DNA of 64,000 nt from an uncultured Gammaproteobacteria bacterium (lineage in GTDB: Bacteria > Patescibacteriota > Microgenomatia > UBA10105 > UBA927): NCBI GenBank assembly GCA_964596355.1, contig CAZQTD010000002.1:24929-88928 (forward strand). Reading direction: 5' to 3'. Both the position numbers and the translations under genes were made by a program. This document shows, piece after piece, positions 46,526 to 56,025 of this stretch (position 1 is its first letter; each line of letters opens with the position of its first letter). The notes below the pieces were generated by a model. The model made no database searches and had not been told where the DNA came from. It saw nothing but the letters and a program-made list of their open reading frames with translations.

Positions 46526-48028
46526 ATGGCACAACGCACGAAGATTTGGAGTTTAAGGCTGTTGTTCATAGGTGTTTTATTGCTTCTTTTTTACTTAGTC
46601 ACGAGGCTGACCAACCTTACCCAATTGCCGATATTTACCGATGAAGCAATCTATATCCGCTGGAGTCAGATAGGTTCACGCGATGCCAACTGGAGATTTA
46701 TTTCGCTTGTTGACGGCAAGCAGCCGATGTTTACGTGGATTATGATGGTTTTTTTGAAAGTTATCCGCGATCCGCTGCTGGCGGGTCGGCTGGTATCTGT
46801 TGTGAGCGGATTTGTGACGATGGCAGGGTTGGGGCTTTTGACGTTTGCGTTATTTCGAAGTGCGAAGCTGGGGTTTGTCGTCTGTACGCTGTATATACTT
46901 TCTCCGTTTGCCCTTATGTATGACCGCCTCGCACTGTACGATTCTCTGGTAGCCGCGTTTTCTGTGTGGAGTCTTTACGGCGGCGTCCTATTGGTTCGGT
47001 TATTGCGTTTGGACATCGCGCTTCTTCTGGGGATGGTATTGGGCGCGGGAATGCTCAACAAATCCTCGGGATTTATGAGCCTCTACTTTTTGCCTGTTAC
47101 GCTGGTGCTGTTTGACTGGCGTAAAAAGGAGAGAATAATGAGGTTTCTGCGATGGCTGGGTCTTGTGCTGGTTGCCGCAATCATTTCCCAGCTTCTTTAC
47201 AGCGTACTTAGACTTTCGCCGCTTCTTCATATGGTGAAACAAAAAGACGCGGTATTTGTCTATCCGTTTCACGAGTGGCTCAAACACCCTTTCAATTATT
47301 TCGTCGGCAATATACAAGGACAATTTGATTGGCTCATCCGATACATGACCATTCCGATAGCACTGCTTTCATTTATTCCAGCTGTTACTTTCTGGAAGCA
47401 CACACGCGAGAAACTCCTTCTCTACGCGTGGTGGGCAGCGCCGTTTCTTGTGCTTGCGCTGTTTGCCAGAGTCTTGTACCCCCGGTTCATTTTATTTATG
47501 GTAATGCCGCTTTACGTTTTAGCATCGATTCCTTATCTATGGATTATGGAGCGGCTTGGACATCGTCTTTGGAAAGCGGTTCTGCTGTTTCTTATCATAT
47601 TTCCGAGCGTGTTTGCCGACTTTTACATCATCGCGGATCCCAGATATGCGCCGCTCCCATTTTCCGACAAAGTTCAACTTGTAGACGACTGGCCGTCGGG
47701 ATGGGGCATTCGTGAGGTCAACGCATATCTTATAGAAGAAGCGAAAAAGGGAGAGATCGCCGTTTATACAGACGGGACGTTTGGCCTCCTTCCGTATGCA
47801 ATAGAGATGTATCTTGTTGATAACCCGCACGTAACGATAAAAGGAATCTGGCCGCTTCCCAAAGATCCGCCGGAAGAGATGATTGCGGATGCGGCCCGTA
47901 AACCGACATACATGGTATTTAATCAAACGCAGAATGTGCCGTTGTGGCCCATGGAGAAAATCAGTGAATATGCAAAAGGCAACAGCAAGGATCAAAAACT
48001 TCGCTTATATCGAATCATTGAAAAATAA
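46526..48028 (+). CDS. GT39/GT83-like (ArnT/PMT family) GT-C glycosyltransferase
   Basis: First-loop motif PIFTDEAIYIRW (the DE motif of ArnT/PMT enzymes), more than 10 TM helices, and a C-terminal soluble domain. Confidence 0.65.
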   Translation: MAQRTKIWSLRLLFIGVLLLLFYLVTRLTNLTQLPIFTDEAIYIRWSQIGSRDANWRFISLVDGKQPMFTWIMMVFLKVIRDPLLAGRLVSVVSGFVTMAGLGLLTFALFRSAKLGFVVCTLYILSPFALMYDRLALYDSLVAAFSVWSLYGGVLLVRLLRLDIALLLGMVLGAGMLNKSSGFMSLYFLPVTLVLFDWRKKERIMRFLRWLGLVLVAAIISQLLYSVLRLSPLLHMVKQKDAVFVYPFHEWLKHPFNYFVGNIQGQFDWLIRYMTIPIALLSFIPAVTFWKHTREKLLLYAWWAAPFLVLALFARVLYPRFILFMVMPLYVLASIPYLWIMERLGHRLWKAVLLFLIIFPSVFADFYIIADPRYAPLPFSDKVQLVDDWPSGWGIREVNAYLIEEAKKGEIAVYTDGTFGLLPYAIEMYLVDNPHVTIKGIWPLPKDPPEEMIADAARKPTYMVFNQTQNVPLWPMEKISEYAKGNSKDQKLRLYRIIEK

Positions 48029-48034
48029 CCCGTT

Positions 48035-49570
48035 ATGGCAAAAAAGACCGCGCATGTTCCCCTTTTTTCAATTGCCATCATTATTTTTGCCGTCTTCATT
48101 GTGCTCATTCCCCTCATCCGACGCGGTTTTTTCGTTTCCGATGACGGCGAATGGATGATTATCAGGTTATCCGCCTTCTATCAGGCGTTTCGGGAGGGGC
48201 AGTTTCCGGTCCGATTTCTCGGCAGGCTAAACAACAGTTATGGCTATCCGGTCGCAAATTTTTTGTATCCCGGGTTTTTGTATATTGGTTCCGTTTTGCA
48301 TGCGATAGGCTTCTCGTTTGTCGACAGCGTCAAACTCATTCTCGCGGGTTCGGTCATCGGCGCTACAATATTTTTGTACTTATGGCTTCGGACATTTTTT
48401 ACTCCACGCATAAGTGCCGCAGGCGTTTTAAGTTTTGTGTTTGCCCCGTACCTTCTCCATGATATGTACAAGCGGGGCTCCGTAGGTGAGGTGTTGGCGA
48501 TATGTTGGGCGGCAATGGGTTTATACGCTATCGACTCGAAAAAGTCATGGTTGTTTTCACTCGCTCTGGCACTTCTTATCGTCAGTCATAACTCATTGGC
48601 ACTTCTTTTCAGCGGGTTTTTCCTGTTGTATCTCATGTGGCTGCGGCGGATAAACGATTTTCTCTATCCATATTTGTTAGGAGTTGGGATGACAACCTTT
48701 TTCTGGTTGCCAGCGATTATTGAGCAAACCTATGTGGTTTTCCGATCTGCTACCGTAGCAAATCCATCTGAATATTTACTCAAGGGGCTCGAGATTTCGC
48801 GTGTCGGTTTGGCGTTTGTTGTCTTCGCACTCATCCTCATGATAAAACATGAGGTAAAACAACGGGTGCCTTTTTTTATTTGCGTGCTTTGTGGCATCGT
48901 TATCCTTACCCTCCCTATAAGCGCTCCGGTTTGGAAGCTTACAATTTTAAAGACATATGTGCAGTTTCCTTTTCGATTTCTTTCTCTTGGACTTTTTGTT
49001 GGGCCGTGGATCGTTGCTTTTGCCTTGCAGAGACTACGCGGGGGTTGGCGCGTGGCCGCAACAGTTCTCATCGCGATCCTGTGGCTGCATAGCGTCGGCG
49101 ATGCGTTCCGGTCAATCCGTTTTACGCAGGAGGTCGAAGGGTACTACACAACCAATGAGTCAACAACGACGGTACATGATGAATACATGCCTCGGTGGGT
49201 TGTTATGAAGCCAAAGACACGTCCGCGCGAGCGAATGGAGTTTATTAACGGAAGCGGACGGTTCGATTATAGAACAGTGAGCACTCAACTTATTGATGCG
49301 ACTGTTGACGCTCATACAGATAGTATCATTCAAATTAATACAATCTATTATCCTGGTTGGGGAGCAAGCCTTAATGACAGAAAAGTTGTTATAGATTATA
49401 ACAATGATGCGGGAGTGATGCGCATCGCTGTGCCCAAGGGAACATATCGTCTGATTGTGGCATTTCGCGAAACCGTATCGCGGTTTGCCGCAGACGTCGT
49501 TTCAATTATTGCATTCATCCTGTTTCTTGTGTACGCGAGATCTTCGCAAGTGAGGAAGTATCCGGTATGA
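48035..49570 (+). CDS. PTPS-related/YfhO-like polytopic membrane glycosyltransferase (paralog 1)
   Basis: SDDGEWMIIRLSAFYQAFREGQFPVRF...YGYPVANFLYPGF N-terminal block is paralogous to the next gene. Multi-TM with a C-terminal extracytoplasmic domain. Confidence 0.55.
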   Translation: MAKKTAHVPLFSIAIIIFAVFIVLIPLIRRGFFVSDDGEWMIIRLSAFYQAFREGQFPVRFLGRLNNSYGYPVANFLYPGFLYIGSVLHAIGFSFVDSVKLILAGSVIGATIFLYLWLRTFFTPRISAAGVLSFVFAPYLLHDMYKRGSVGEVLAICWAAMGLYAIDSKKSWLFSLALALLIVSHNSLALLFSGFFLLYLMWLRRINDFLYPYLLGVGMTTFFWLPAIIEQTYVVFRSATVANPSEYLLKGLEISRVGLAFVVFALILMIKHEVKQRVPFFICVLCGIVILTLPISAPVWKLTILKTYVQFPFRFLSLGLFVGPWIVAFALQRLRGGWRVAATVLIAILWLHSVGDAFRSIRFTQEVEGYYTTNESTTTVHDEYMPRWVVMKPKTRPRERMEFINGSGRFDYRTVSTQLIDATVDAHTDSIIQINTIYYPGWGASLNDRKVVIDYNNDAGVMRIAVPKGTYRLIVAFRETVSRFAADVVSIIAFILFLVYARSSQVRKYPV

Positions 49571-51219
49571 AAAAGATCGCAGCGGGAAGCATTCTAGTCA
49601 TTATTCTTTCGGTATGGGCAATCCGTCCAATTGCGATGCCGGGTTTTTTCCCGATGCATGACGACACCCAAGTCGGGCGCGTCATTGCCATGGGCAGAGC
49701 GCTTCGTCTGGGGCAATTCCCGGTTCGCTGGGTGCTGGATTTGGGATATGGGTACGGATATCCTATTTTTAATTTTTACGGTCCGCTCCCATACTATTTT
49801 GGAGGCGCGCTTTATGCGTTGGGTGTTCCGGGGCTTATTGCAACCAAGGCCATGTTTATCGCAGGAGTCGTTGGCGCGGGGATTGCTATGTTTGGCGCGT
49901 CTTCGGCGTTTTTGGGAGTAACCGGCGCTCTTGTTGCTGCTATTTTTTATGTGTATGCACCTTATCACGCGGTTCAAGTTTACGTGCGAGGAGCTGTCGG
50001 AGAATTTTGGTTCCTTATATTTCTACCGATCATTCTATCGGGCATAGCGAAACGCCGCGTTCTGGTTACCGGTTTGGGGCTTGCCGGAGCAATACTTTCC
50101 CATACGGTGTTAGGATATGCGACAACGCTTATGTATGTTCTCGGTGTGATGTTCGCTGCCATTGTCGCGCGCAGGGGGAGCACCGTTGACGCCGGCAGCG
50201 TGTGGCGTCTGTTGACTGCGCTTGCCCTTGCGCTGGGCGGTACTGCGTTCTTTTGGCTTCCTGCGGCAGCCGAGATGCGCTTCACAAGTGTCGTGGGCCA
50301 GGTGGGGAAGACCGCAAACTTTTCTGATCATTTTGTCTGCTTGCCGCAGTTGTGGGATTCTTTGTGGGGGTACGGCGGGTCGGCAATCGGGTGCGTTGAC
50401 GGGCTTTCGTTTAAACTTGGCAAGCTCCACAGTGTGCTGTCGCTGATAGCGGTAGCGTTGTGGTTTATTTTTGGGAGAATGCGGCATACAACGAGTTCGC
50501 GCCTCGTTTATGTATCAATGGTTGTTGCCATGATTGGTATGTTTTTTGTGCTTTCTGTAAGCGAGCCGGTATGGATGCTTATGCCTGGCTTTGCCTACAT
50601 TCAATACCCGTGGAGATTTCTAACCTACGCCATTGCTGCCGCGTCGCTTCTCGTTGGCAGCCTTTGCATCTATATAAAGCACCGCTTGATCAAGTGGGCT
50701 ACGGCAACAGTACTTTGTATATCGGTCATAGCGCTGCAGCAAAAAGTTTTCGTGCCCCAATATATCTACAGCAGAAATTTGAACGCGTTTGAATCCGATA
50801 CGTATCTTCGGTATGAGGTGTCAAAAATATCCGACGAATATTTGCCACGTGACATTATTCGGCCGAAAAGCGAGAAGCAGGTTATCCGTGATACAATACG
50901 CGGACCGGATACATCGCGGGTTAAAATTGAGAGGGATACGGATACATCGCTTCGATTTTCGATAATAACCGACAACCCGCAGGTCGTTGAGGTCATGCGG
51001 ACATATTTTCCCGGGTGGCGATATAGGGTGAATGGCAAATACGTGGAACCTATGCTGTCACACGGATTGCCGCGTCTTGCGGTCCCTGCTGGATATAGCG
51101 TGATTGAAATAGACTTTGTCGATACACCGGTTAGAACAATTGGGAACGCCGTGTCTGTCCTGACAGCGGCAGTTCTTATTACCATTTATGGGAAAAAAGC
51201 AAAAAAACCCATCACTTAA
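49567..51219 (+). CDS. PTPS-related/YfhO-like polytopic membrane glycosyltransferase (paralog 2)
   Basis: HDDTQVGRVIAMGRALRLGQFPVRW...YGYGYPIFNFYGPLPYY aligns residue-for-residue with the N-terminal block of the preceding gene. 4-nt overlap. Confidence 0.55.
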   Translation: MKKIAAGSILVIILSVWAIRPIAMPGFFPMHDDTQVGRVIAMGRALRLGQFPVRWVLDLGYGYGYPIFNFYGPLPYYFGGALYALGVPGLIATKAMFIAGVVGAGIAMFGASSAFLGVTGALVAAIFYVYAPYHAVQVYVRGAVGEFWFLIFLPIILSGIAKRRVLVTGLGLAGAILSHTVLGYATTLMYVLGVMFAAIVARRGSTVDAGSVWRLLTALALALGGTAFFWLPAAAEMRFTSVVGQVGKTANFSDHFVCLPQLWDSLWGYGGSAIGCVDGLSFKLGKLHSVLSLIAVALWFIFGRMRHTTSSRLVYVSMVVAMIGMFFVLSVSEPVWMLMPGFAYIQYPWRFLTYAIAAASLLVGSLCIYIKHRLIKWATATVLCISVIALQQKVFVPQYIYSRNLNAFESDTYLRYEVSKISDEYLPRDIIRPKSEKQVIRDTIRGPDTSRVKIERDTDTSLRFSIITDNPQVVEVMRTYFPGWRYRVNGKYVEPMLSHGLPRLAVPAGYSVIEIDFVDTPVRTIGNAVSVLTAAVLITIYGKKAKKPIT

Positions 51220-51925
51220 TGTTGTCATCCCTGTATACAACGAGGAAGCGGAGCTTGAAAAAAGCGTTAGAACGCTTCACAGATACCTTAGCAATCACTT
51301 GACTGATTTTGACTGGAGGATAATGATCGCTGATAACGCCTCGACGGATTTGACGCTTGCGATCGCCAAGCGCGTAAGCCGCACGCTTTCGCGGACTGGT
51401 GCCATTCATTTGAAAGAAAAGGGCAGAGGTCGTGCGGTGAAGCGCGTCTGGTGCACTGCCGACAGCGATATTTGCGCCTACATGGATGTAGATCTTTCCA
51501 CCGATCTTAAGCACTTTCCGCCGCTTGTCAGAAGCCTTCTTCGGGGGTATGACATTGCAATCGGCACACGAAACGCGCGCGGATCCCGCGTCTATGGTAG
51601 AGGGTTGTTGCGCACGCTGACGTCAAAAATATACATCGCTCTCATCAAATTGTTCTTTTGGGTAAACTTTAGCGACGCGCAGTGTGGATTTAAAGCCGTC
51701 ACCAGAAGAGTCGTGAAAGAAGTAATTCCTAAAATACACGACAACGGATGGTTTTTTGACTCCGAGCTTTTAATCGTGGCAGAAAAAAGCGGGTACAGAA
51801 TATATGAAGAGCCTGTTACCTGGACAGACAATCCCGGATCCACGGTGCGCGTCCTTAAAACCGCACAGGGAGACATAGAAGGGTTATATAGACTCTATAT
51901 TACTCGCCCGTGGAGACGTAAGTAG
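51188..51925 (+). CDS. GT2 polyprenol-phosphate glycosyltransferase (Dpm1-like)
   Basis: LNVVIPVYNEE, IADNASTD and DVDLSTD motifs. 32-nt overlap with the upstream gene. Confidence 0.75.
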   Translation: MGKKQKNPSLNVVIPVYNEEAELEKSVRTLHRYLSNHLTDFDWRIMIADNASTDLTLAIAKRVSRTLSRTGAIHLKEKGRGRAVKRVWCTADSDICAYMDVDLSTDLKHFPPLVRSLLRGYDIAIGTRNARGSRVYGRGLLRTLTSKIYIALIKLFFWVNFSDAQCGFKAVTRRVVKEVIPKIHDNGWFFDSELLIVAEKSGYRIYEEPVTWTDNPGSTVRVLKTAQGDIEGLYRLYITRPWRRK

Positions 51926-51926
51926 C

Positions 51927-53372
51927 ATGCAAGACATTGATATTGCTCTTGTCAAGAAGCGGTCAATTAAAGGAATTATCGCGCTGACGTCTCGGACGTT
52001 TTTTCTTCAGATCATCGCATTTAGCGCGACATTTCTTTTGACGATTTTTTTAAGCCCGCAGGTTTTTGGAATTTTTTACGTCGTAAGCGCAATCATTGCG
52101 TTTTTAGGGTACTTTTCCGATGTGGGTCTGGCCGCTGCTCTCATTCAGAAAAAGGAACAGCTCACAAAAGATGATTTAACTACGACGTTTACGATTCAGC
52201 AGATATTGGTGGGGAGCGTGGTCGTTATTGCCTTTGTTGCTTCCGGTACTGTCGGGAGATTCTATGGGCTCGATACTTCCGGCGTTTGGCTTTTCCGCGC
52301 GCTGGTTGCCGCGTTTTTTCTCTCGTCACTTAAGACCATTCCTTCTGTGCTTTTGGAGCGCGGGCTAGAGTTTAATAAACTTATCATCCCAAATATCCTT
52401 GAGACTATTGGGTTTTATGTCGTTGCGGTTCTTTTGGCATGGAGAGGATTTGGAGTGGCAAGTTTTACGTGGGCAGTTATGACGCGTGCGGTCGTCGGAT
52501 TGATTGCTATGTATGTGGTATCGCCATGGCGTGTGACATTGGGTCTTAAACGAAGCGTTGCAAAAAAATTATTACGATTTGGACTGCCGTTTCAACTTAA
52601 CTCATTTCTCGCGCTTCTTAAGGACGATCTTTTGACAGTATTTTTGGGCAAGATTCTCACGTTCAGTGAAGTAGGATATATTGGCTGGGCTAAAAAATGG
52701 GCGGAAGTGCCGCTGCGGCTGATCATGGACAGCGTCATCCGCGTGACGTTTCCGGCGTTTTCCAGACTGCAGGAGTCCAAAGCTCTGCTTGGCCGCGCCA
52801 TAGAAAAAACACTCTTCGGTGTGTCAGTAGCCATGATGCCGGTTTCCATAGGGTTGTTGTTTTTCATGCGGCCGTTTATCGCGGTAATTCCTCGTTATGG
52901 CAAATGGGAGCCTGCGGTGCTGTCGTTCTATTTTCTTGCCTTCGCCTCGGTTGTCGCGAGCCTTTCCACACCGTTGACTAACGCGCTAAATGCAGTCGGG
53001 AAGATTCGATTGACGCTTCTTCTTATGGCCATGTGGACGGTAATGACATGGATTCTGGTTACTGTTTTCGTTCGATTGTTCGGTTTTACCGGCGTCTCTG
53101 TTGCGCTATTTGCTGTTACGCTGACGATTGGATTGGTGGTGAGTCTGGCAAAGAGAATCGCGGATTTTTCTTTTTTGGCAAGTGTACGAAATCCGGTTTT
53201 CGGCGGTCTCGTCCAAGCGGCCCTTTATGGTGCTTTTATTGAAGCAATTCCACAGAAACTCCCCTGGCTGATACTGCTTGCTGCCAGCGGTGTTATACTG
53301 TATATGGGAATTGTATGGTTAATCGATAAGGACCGTATTAACAGCCTTATCGGAGATTTTTGGCACCGATGA
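51927..53372 (+). CDS. Wzx-like polysaccharide/oligosaccharide flippase (MOP superfamily)
   Basis: 481 aa with 12-14 TM helices. The N-terminal pattern (KGIIALTSRTFFLQIIAFSATFLL...DVGLAAALIQ) is typical of polysaccharide biosynthesis protein flippases. Confidence 0.75.
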   Translation: MQDIDIALVKKRSIKGIIALTSRTFFLQIIAFSATFLLTIFLSPQVFGIFYVVSAIIAFLGYFSDVGLAAALIQKKEQLTKDDLTTTFTIQQILVGSVVVIAFVASGTVGRFYGLDTSGVWLFRALVAAFFLSSLKTIPSVLLERGLEFNKLIIPNILETIGFYVVAVLLAWRGFGVASFTWAVMTRAVVGLIAMYVVSPWRVTLGLKRSVAKKLLRFGLPFQLNSFLALLKDDLLTVFLGKILTFSEVGYIGWAKKWAEVPLRLIMDSVIRVTFPAFSRLQESKALLGRAIEKTLFGVSVAMMPVSIGLLFFMRPFIAVIPRYGKWEPAVLSFYFLAFASVVASLSTPLTNALNAVGKIRLTLLLMAMWTVMTWILVTVFVRLFGFTGVSVALFAVTLTIGLVVSLAKRIADFSFLASVRNPVFGGLVQAALYGAFIEAIPQKLPWLILLAASGVILYMGIVWLIDKDRINSLIGDFWHR

Positions 53373-54277
53373 ATTCCATCAGCGTTGTCATTTCCGCTTA
53401 CAACGAAGAGGCAAAACTGCCCGGCTGCTTACGTTCTGTTTCGTGGGCAGATGAGATTATTGTGGTTGACAACGAATCGACGGACGGGACCGCTGGCGTG
53501 GCAAAACGAGCCGGTGCGGCAGTGTATCGCTGCAAAAACAACCCAATGCTTAATGTAAATAAAAATTATGGATTCAACAAAGCAAGCGGCGACTGGATTT
53601 TGAACCTCGATGCTGACGAAGAAATCCCCAAGGAGCTTGCCCGGGAAATCCGTCATGCCATAGCGGCGCCCAATAACATCATGGGATTCTGGATTCGGAG
53701 AAAAAACATCATATTCGGCAAATGGATTAGTCACGGACTGTGGTGGCCGGACAGGCAAATGAGGCTGTTTCGAAGAGGGCGCGGCGCGTTTCCGTGCAAG
53801 CACGTGCATGAATATATCGAAGTTGAAGGTCGAACAGGGGAACTGGCGCATCCGTTTGTACACTATAACTATGATACGATTTCACAGTTCATCCGCAAAA
53901 TGGACGCAATTTATACAGAAAATGAAGTTCAGCGGCTGATTGATTCAGGGCACCGTCTCTTTTGGTTTGACGCGATACGGTTTCCGCTGTCTGATTTTGC
54001 CAAAATTTATTTCGCGCAGGAAGCGTATAAAGACGGACTGCATGGGCTAATTATCAGCATTCTACAGTCCTTTTATTCATTTGTGGTGTTCGCTAAATTA
54101 TGGGAGCGCAAACGCTTTGAAGAGCGAACCATTACACTTTCGTCCGTTAATAAAGAATTGAACCATGCACAAAAAGAACTGATGTACTGGTCGCTTACCT
54201 CGCAATTGAAAAACACACCGTCGCGTATCCAGCGGCTATGGGTAAGAATTCTTCGTTGGGTTGTTACTCGCTTATGA
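53360..54277 (+). CDS. GT2 glycosyltransferase
   Basis: ISVVISAYNEE, VVDNESTDGT and LDADE (DxD). Confidence 0.75.
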   Translation: MAPMNSISVVISAYNEEAKLPGCLRSVSWADEIIVVDNESTDGTAGVAKRAGAAVYRCKNNPMLNVNKNYGFNKASGDWILNLDADEEIPKELAREIRHAIAAPNNIMGFWIRRKNIIFGKWISHGLWWPDRQMRLFRRGRGAFPCKHVHEYIEVEGRTGELAHPFVHYNYDTISQFIRKMDAIYTENEVQRLIDSGHRLFWFDAIRFPLSDFAKIYFAQEAYKDGLHGLIISILQSFYSFVVFAKLWERKRFEERTITLSSVNKELNHAQKELMYWSLTSQLKNTPSRIQRLWVRILRWVVTRL

Positions 54278-55238
54278 TATGAAAGCCGTAAGTATCGTCA
54301 TCGTCAATTGGAATGGCAAAGAACACATCATTCCTTGTCTTTCATCCGTTGTCAAGATGAAAACATCCAATTGGGCGGTCAATATTATTGTGGTTGATAA
54401 TGCCTCGATCGACGGTTCTGTGGGCGCGATTCGCAAACGATTTCCCTGCGTCACTGTTATTGAGCTTCCGACGAATCAAGGATTTAGCGGGGGAAATAAC
54501 GTAGGCATCCAATTTGCGTGCACACGCACGTGCGACTATATCTGGCTTCTTAATAACGACACCACCGTTCATCCGTCGGCACTGCGCGAGCTAATAAACG
54601 CGTTTAATGATAAACGCGTCGGTATTGCAGGATCTAAAATATATTTTTCCCCTGGGCGGGAATATCATAATTCGCGCTATACATCCGCGCAAAAAGGCAA
54701 GGTGCTCTGGTACGCGGGCGGGCGCATTGACTGGGCGAATGTGTACGCATCCCATAGGGGCGTTGATGAGGTTGATTGCGGACAGTACGATACGCCGCAA
54801 GACACAGATTTCGTGACAGGGTGCTCTATGTGCATTCGTAGAAACGTGATAGACCGGATCGGATTATTTGACGAGAGATATTATTTGTATCTTGAAGATC
54901 TGGATTATTGCATGAGGGCGAAAAACGCCGGCTTTCGTCTTGTGTACGCGCCTGATTCTGTTGTCTGGCATGCCAATGCGGCATCAACTGCCAAGCCCGG
55001 GAATTCCCTCCATCAGTATTACATGACGCGAAACAGATTGCTTTTCGGAATGACGTACGCATCGACTCGCACAAAGGTTGCGCTTTTTTGTGAAGCGGTA
55101 AGGCAGGTGGTGTCTGGATCAGTTATTCAAAAAAGGGCAGTTTTAGATTATGCATTTGGAAAATTTGGGAATAGATTCGTATGGAAGTATGCTAAACAGG
55201 CTGTATCAGTCAGCCGGCGGACAGATAGAAACAGATAA
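54261..55238 (+). CDS. GT2 glycosyltransferase (WbbL/rhamnosyltransferase-like)
   Basis: VSIVIVNWNG, VVDNASIDGS, GFSGGNN and the LEDLDYC motif, typical of GT2 rhamnosyl/galactosyl transferases. Confidence 0.75.
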   Translation: MLLAYDMKAVSIVIVNWNGKEHIIPCLSSVVKMKTSNWAVNIIVVDNASIDGSVGAIRKRFPCVTVIELPTNQGFSGGNNVGIQFACTRTCDYIWLLNNDTTVHPSALRELINAFNDKRVGIAGSKIYFSPGREYHNSRYTSAQKGKVLWYAGGRIDWANVYASHRGVDEVDCGQYDTPQDTDFVTGCSMCIRRNVIDRIGLFDERYYLYLEDLDYCMRAKNAGFRLVYAPDSVVWHANAASTAKPGNSLHQYYMTRNRLLFGMTYASTRTKVALFCEAVRQVVSGSVIQKRAVLDYAFGKFGNRFVWKYAKQAVSVSRRTDRNR

Positions 55239-55245
55239 TCTGATT

Positions 55246-56025
55246 ATGAAGGGAACAACAAAACCGGCGGTCACAGCAGTTGTGATTGCTAAAAACGAGG
55301 AACCCCGCATTACAGAATGCTTGAAGCGGCTCGCATGGACGGATGAACGGATCGTCATCGATAATGGATCGACAGACAGGACAATAACGCTTGCCAAACG
55401 ACAGCGAGCCCGCGTGGTACGGATCAAAGAACGAAATTTCTCACTTCTTCGGAACAGAGGCAAGAGGGAAGCGCACTCGTCATGGATTCTCTACGTGGAT
55501 GCGGACGAATGGGTTACTGACGACCTCCAAGAAGAAATTCTCAAAACCGTTTCCAACTACAAGCCGGGAGCTCCGATTGCATATTACATACAGCGCAAAA
55601 ATTACTATCTGGGCGCGCTTTGGCCAACGAAGGATAAAATGCAGCGATTGTTTCTTAAATCTGCACTTTGTGGTTGGAAAGGAATCGTTCATGAAACAGC
55701 AGAGGTTGTTGGAGAGACAGGAGTGTTGAAAGAACCCTTGGTGCACAGGACCCACAGGACATTAGAAGAAATGGTTGCAAAAACCAATGAATGGTCGCAG
55801 ATGGAAGCAGAGCTTCGGTTCGCTTCCGGCCATCCGCCGGTGGTATGGTGGCGTTTGATACGAGTCATAATGACAGGATTTTATCGGTCTTTTATTGGTG
55901 AAGACGGTTGGAAAGCAGGTACCATTGGCTGGATAGAAAGCATTTATCAGGCGTTCAGCATGTTTATCACGTACGCTAAGCTGTGGGAGTTACAAAAAGC
56001 GAGGGGAAAAACCATTGAAGGATGA
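55246..56025 (+). CDS. GT2 glycosyltransferase
   Basis: Start refined to the ATG at 55246 (MKGTTKPAVTAVVIAKNEE). Has IDNGSTD and VDADE motifs. Confidence 0.7.
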   Translation: MKGTTKPAVTAVVIAKNEEPRITECLKRLAWTDERIVIDNGSTDRTITLAKRQRARVVRIKERNFSLLRNRGKREAHSSWILYVDADEWVTDDLQEEILKTVSNYKPGAPIAYYIQRKNYYLGALWPTKDKMQRLFLKSALCGWKGIVHETAEVVGETGVLKEPLVHRTHRTLEEMVAKTNEWSQMEAELRFASGHPPVVWWRLIRVIMTGFYRSFIGEDGWKAGTIGWIESIYQAFSMFITYAKLWELQKARGKTIEG

